Assembly: GCF_004010195.1 (NCBI RefSeq)
Contig: NC_057750.1
Span: forward strand, 10,415,478-10,479,477
Direction: 5' to 3'
Source: Chiloscyllium plagiosum
Lineage: Eukaryota
Length of the DNA: 64,000 nt
Shown here: positions 63,416-64,000 of the stretch, one piece after another
Numbering within the stretch: position 1 is the stretch's first letter
Layout of the letters: each line of letters begins with the position of its first letter
The notes under the pieces: model-generated
What the model was told of the DNA's origin: nothing
The model's database searches: none
The model's input: only the letters and a program-made list of their open reading frames with translations
Made by a program: the position numbers and the translations under genes

Positions 63416-64000
63416 TTAGTTTTAGTACTTTTACTAACATTTACTAACTTAAAAGATGAAAGGACTAACACCTCTTATGCAAGCAGACCAGACAAACACT
63501 CTTAATCACTTCAGGAGTAGCAGCCAACACTTAGCAAATGCTTCAATTGTGATTTGGAGATGCCGGTGTTGGACTGGGGTGTACAAAGTTAAAAATCACA
63601 CAACACCAGGTTATAGTCCAACAGGTTTAATTGGAAGCACACTAGCTTTCGGACCGACGCTCCTTCATCAGGTGTTGTGTGATTTTTAACAAATGTTTAA
63701 ATAATCTCTTGTTTCCCAGGAGAGATGTCATACAAACATTTTGTGTACAATAGATAAAACTATATAACACCATAGTGATAGAATTTTAATGCATAAAAGA
63801 ACTGTCCACAAAGAGTTGAAAATCACACGGCACACCAGGTTACGGTGCAACATGTTTATTTGAAAATACAAGCTTTTAGAATGCTGCTACTTTATCAGGT
63901 AGGAGCAGGATACATAGGACACATAATTGTATTTGCAGATACATTCTATTTTGTTCAAAAAGCACACAACCTGTAGGCAGTCAGTCAATGTAACATTTTA

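Larger units (their letters stand above)
61871..63815 (+). repeat. ERV 3' LTR (interrupted by Penelope 61935-62498, CR1 63033-63415 and a Penelope-type insert at about 63550-63690)
   Basis: Matches the 5' LTR; about 13 differences in one block of about 137 bp that I aligned. Confidence 0.85.
56602..64000 (+). mobile_element. Endogenous retrovirus, old and internally deleted (5'LTR-gag-pro-partial pol-env remnant-3'LTR); 3' end probably outside the window
   Basis: Paired LTRs, polypurine tract, protease LDTGA (59975-59989), RT start NSPVWPMRKASGKWRLT, integrase HPQSPGQVERMNQTLK and KWKGPYQLLLITQSAVKV. Confidence 0.88.

Overview
Eukaryotic, repeat-rich vertebrate DNA. The repeat families (CR1/HER1-type LINEs, HE1/V-SINE-type tRNA SINEs, Penelope-like elements, a 44-bp satellite) point to a cartilaginous fish, probably a shark (inference). 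The only host gene is reticulon-2 (RTN2) on the minus strand. I read its exons by hand: 49043-49073 ([10 protein letters not shown]), 35962-36018, 29336-30139, 25999-26364, 15744-15803 (ending MGWK), then the reticulon homology domain (RHD) exons 12346-12553 (208 bp) and 7303-7441 (139 bp). I found no further RHD exons, so they presumably lie beyond position 1. The most notable observations are: (i) a candidate RTN1-C-like short first exon inside RTN2 (23288-23354); (ii) a duplicated, frame-preserving exon carrying a TAA (28838-28972); (iii) minimal type I hammerhead ribozyme motifs with covarying stems in at least three Penelope-derived families; (iv) an intron-1 minisatellite made of p53-family half-sites and SOX motifs; (v) an old, internally deleted endogenous retrovirus (ERV; 56602 to the window end) with mixed class III/class I signatures and nested insertions; (vi) several locally templated duplications. 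There are three assembly gaps. No rRNA genes, bona fide tRNA genes or CRISPR arrays were found. All coordinates and identities were read by eye, and repeat boundaries are approximate.
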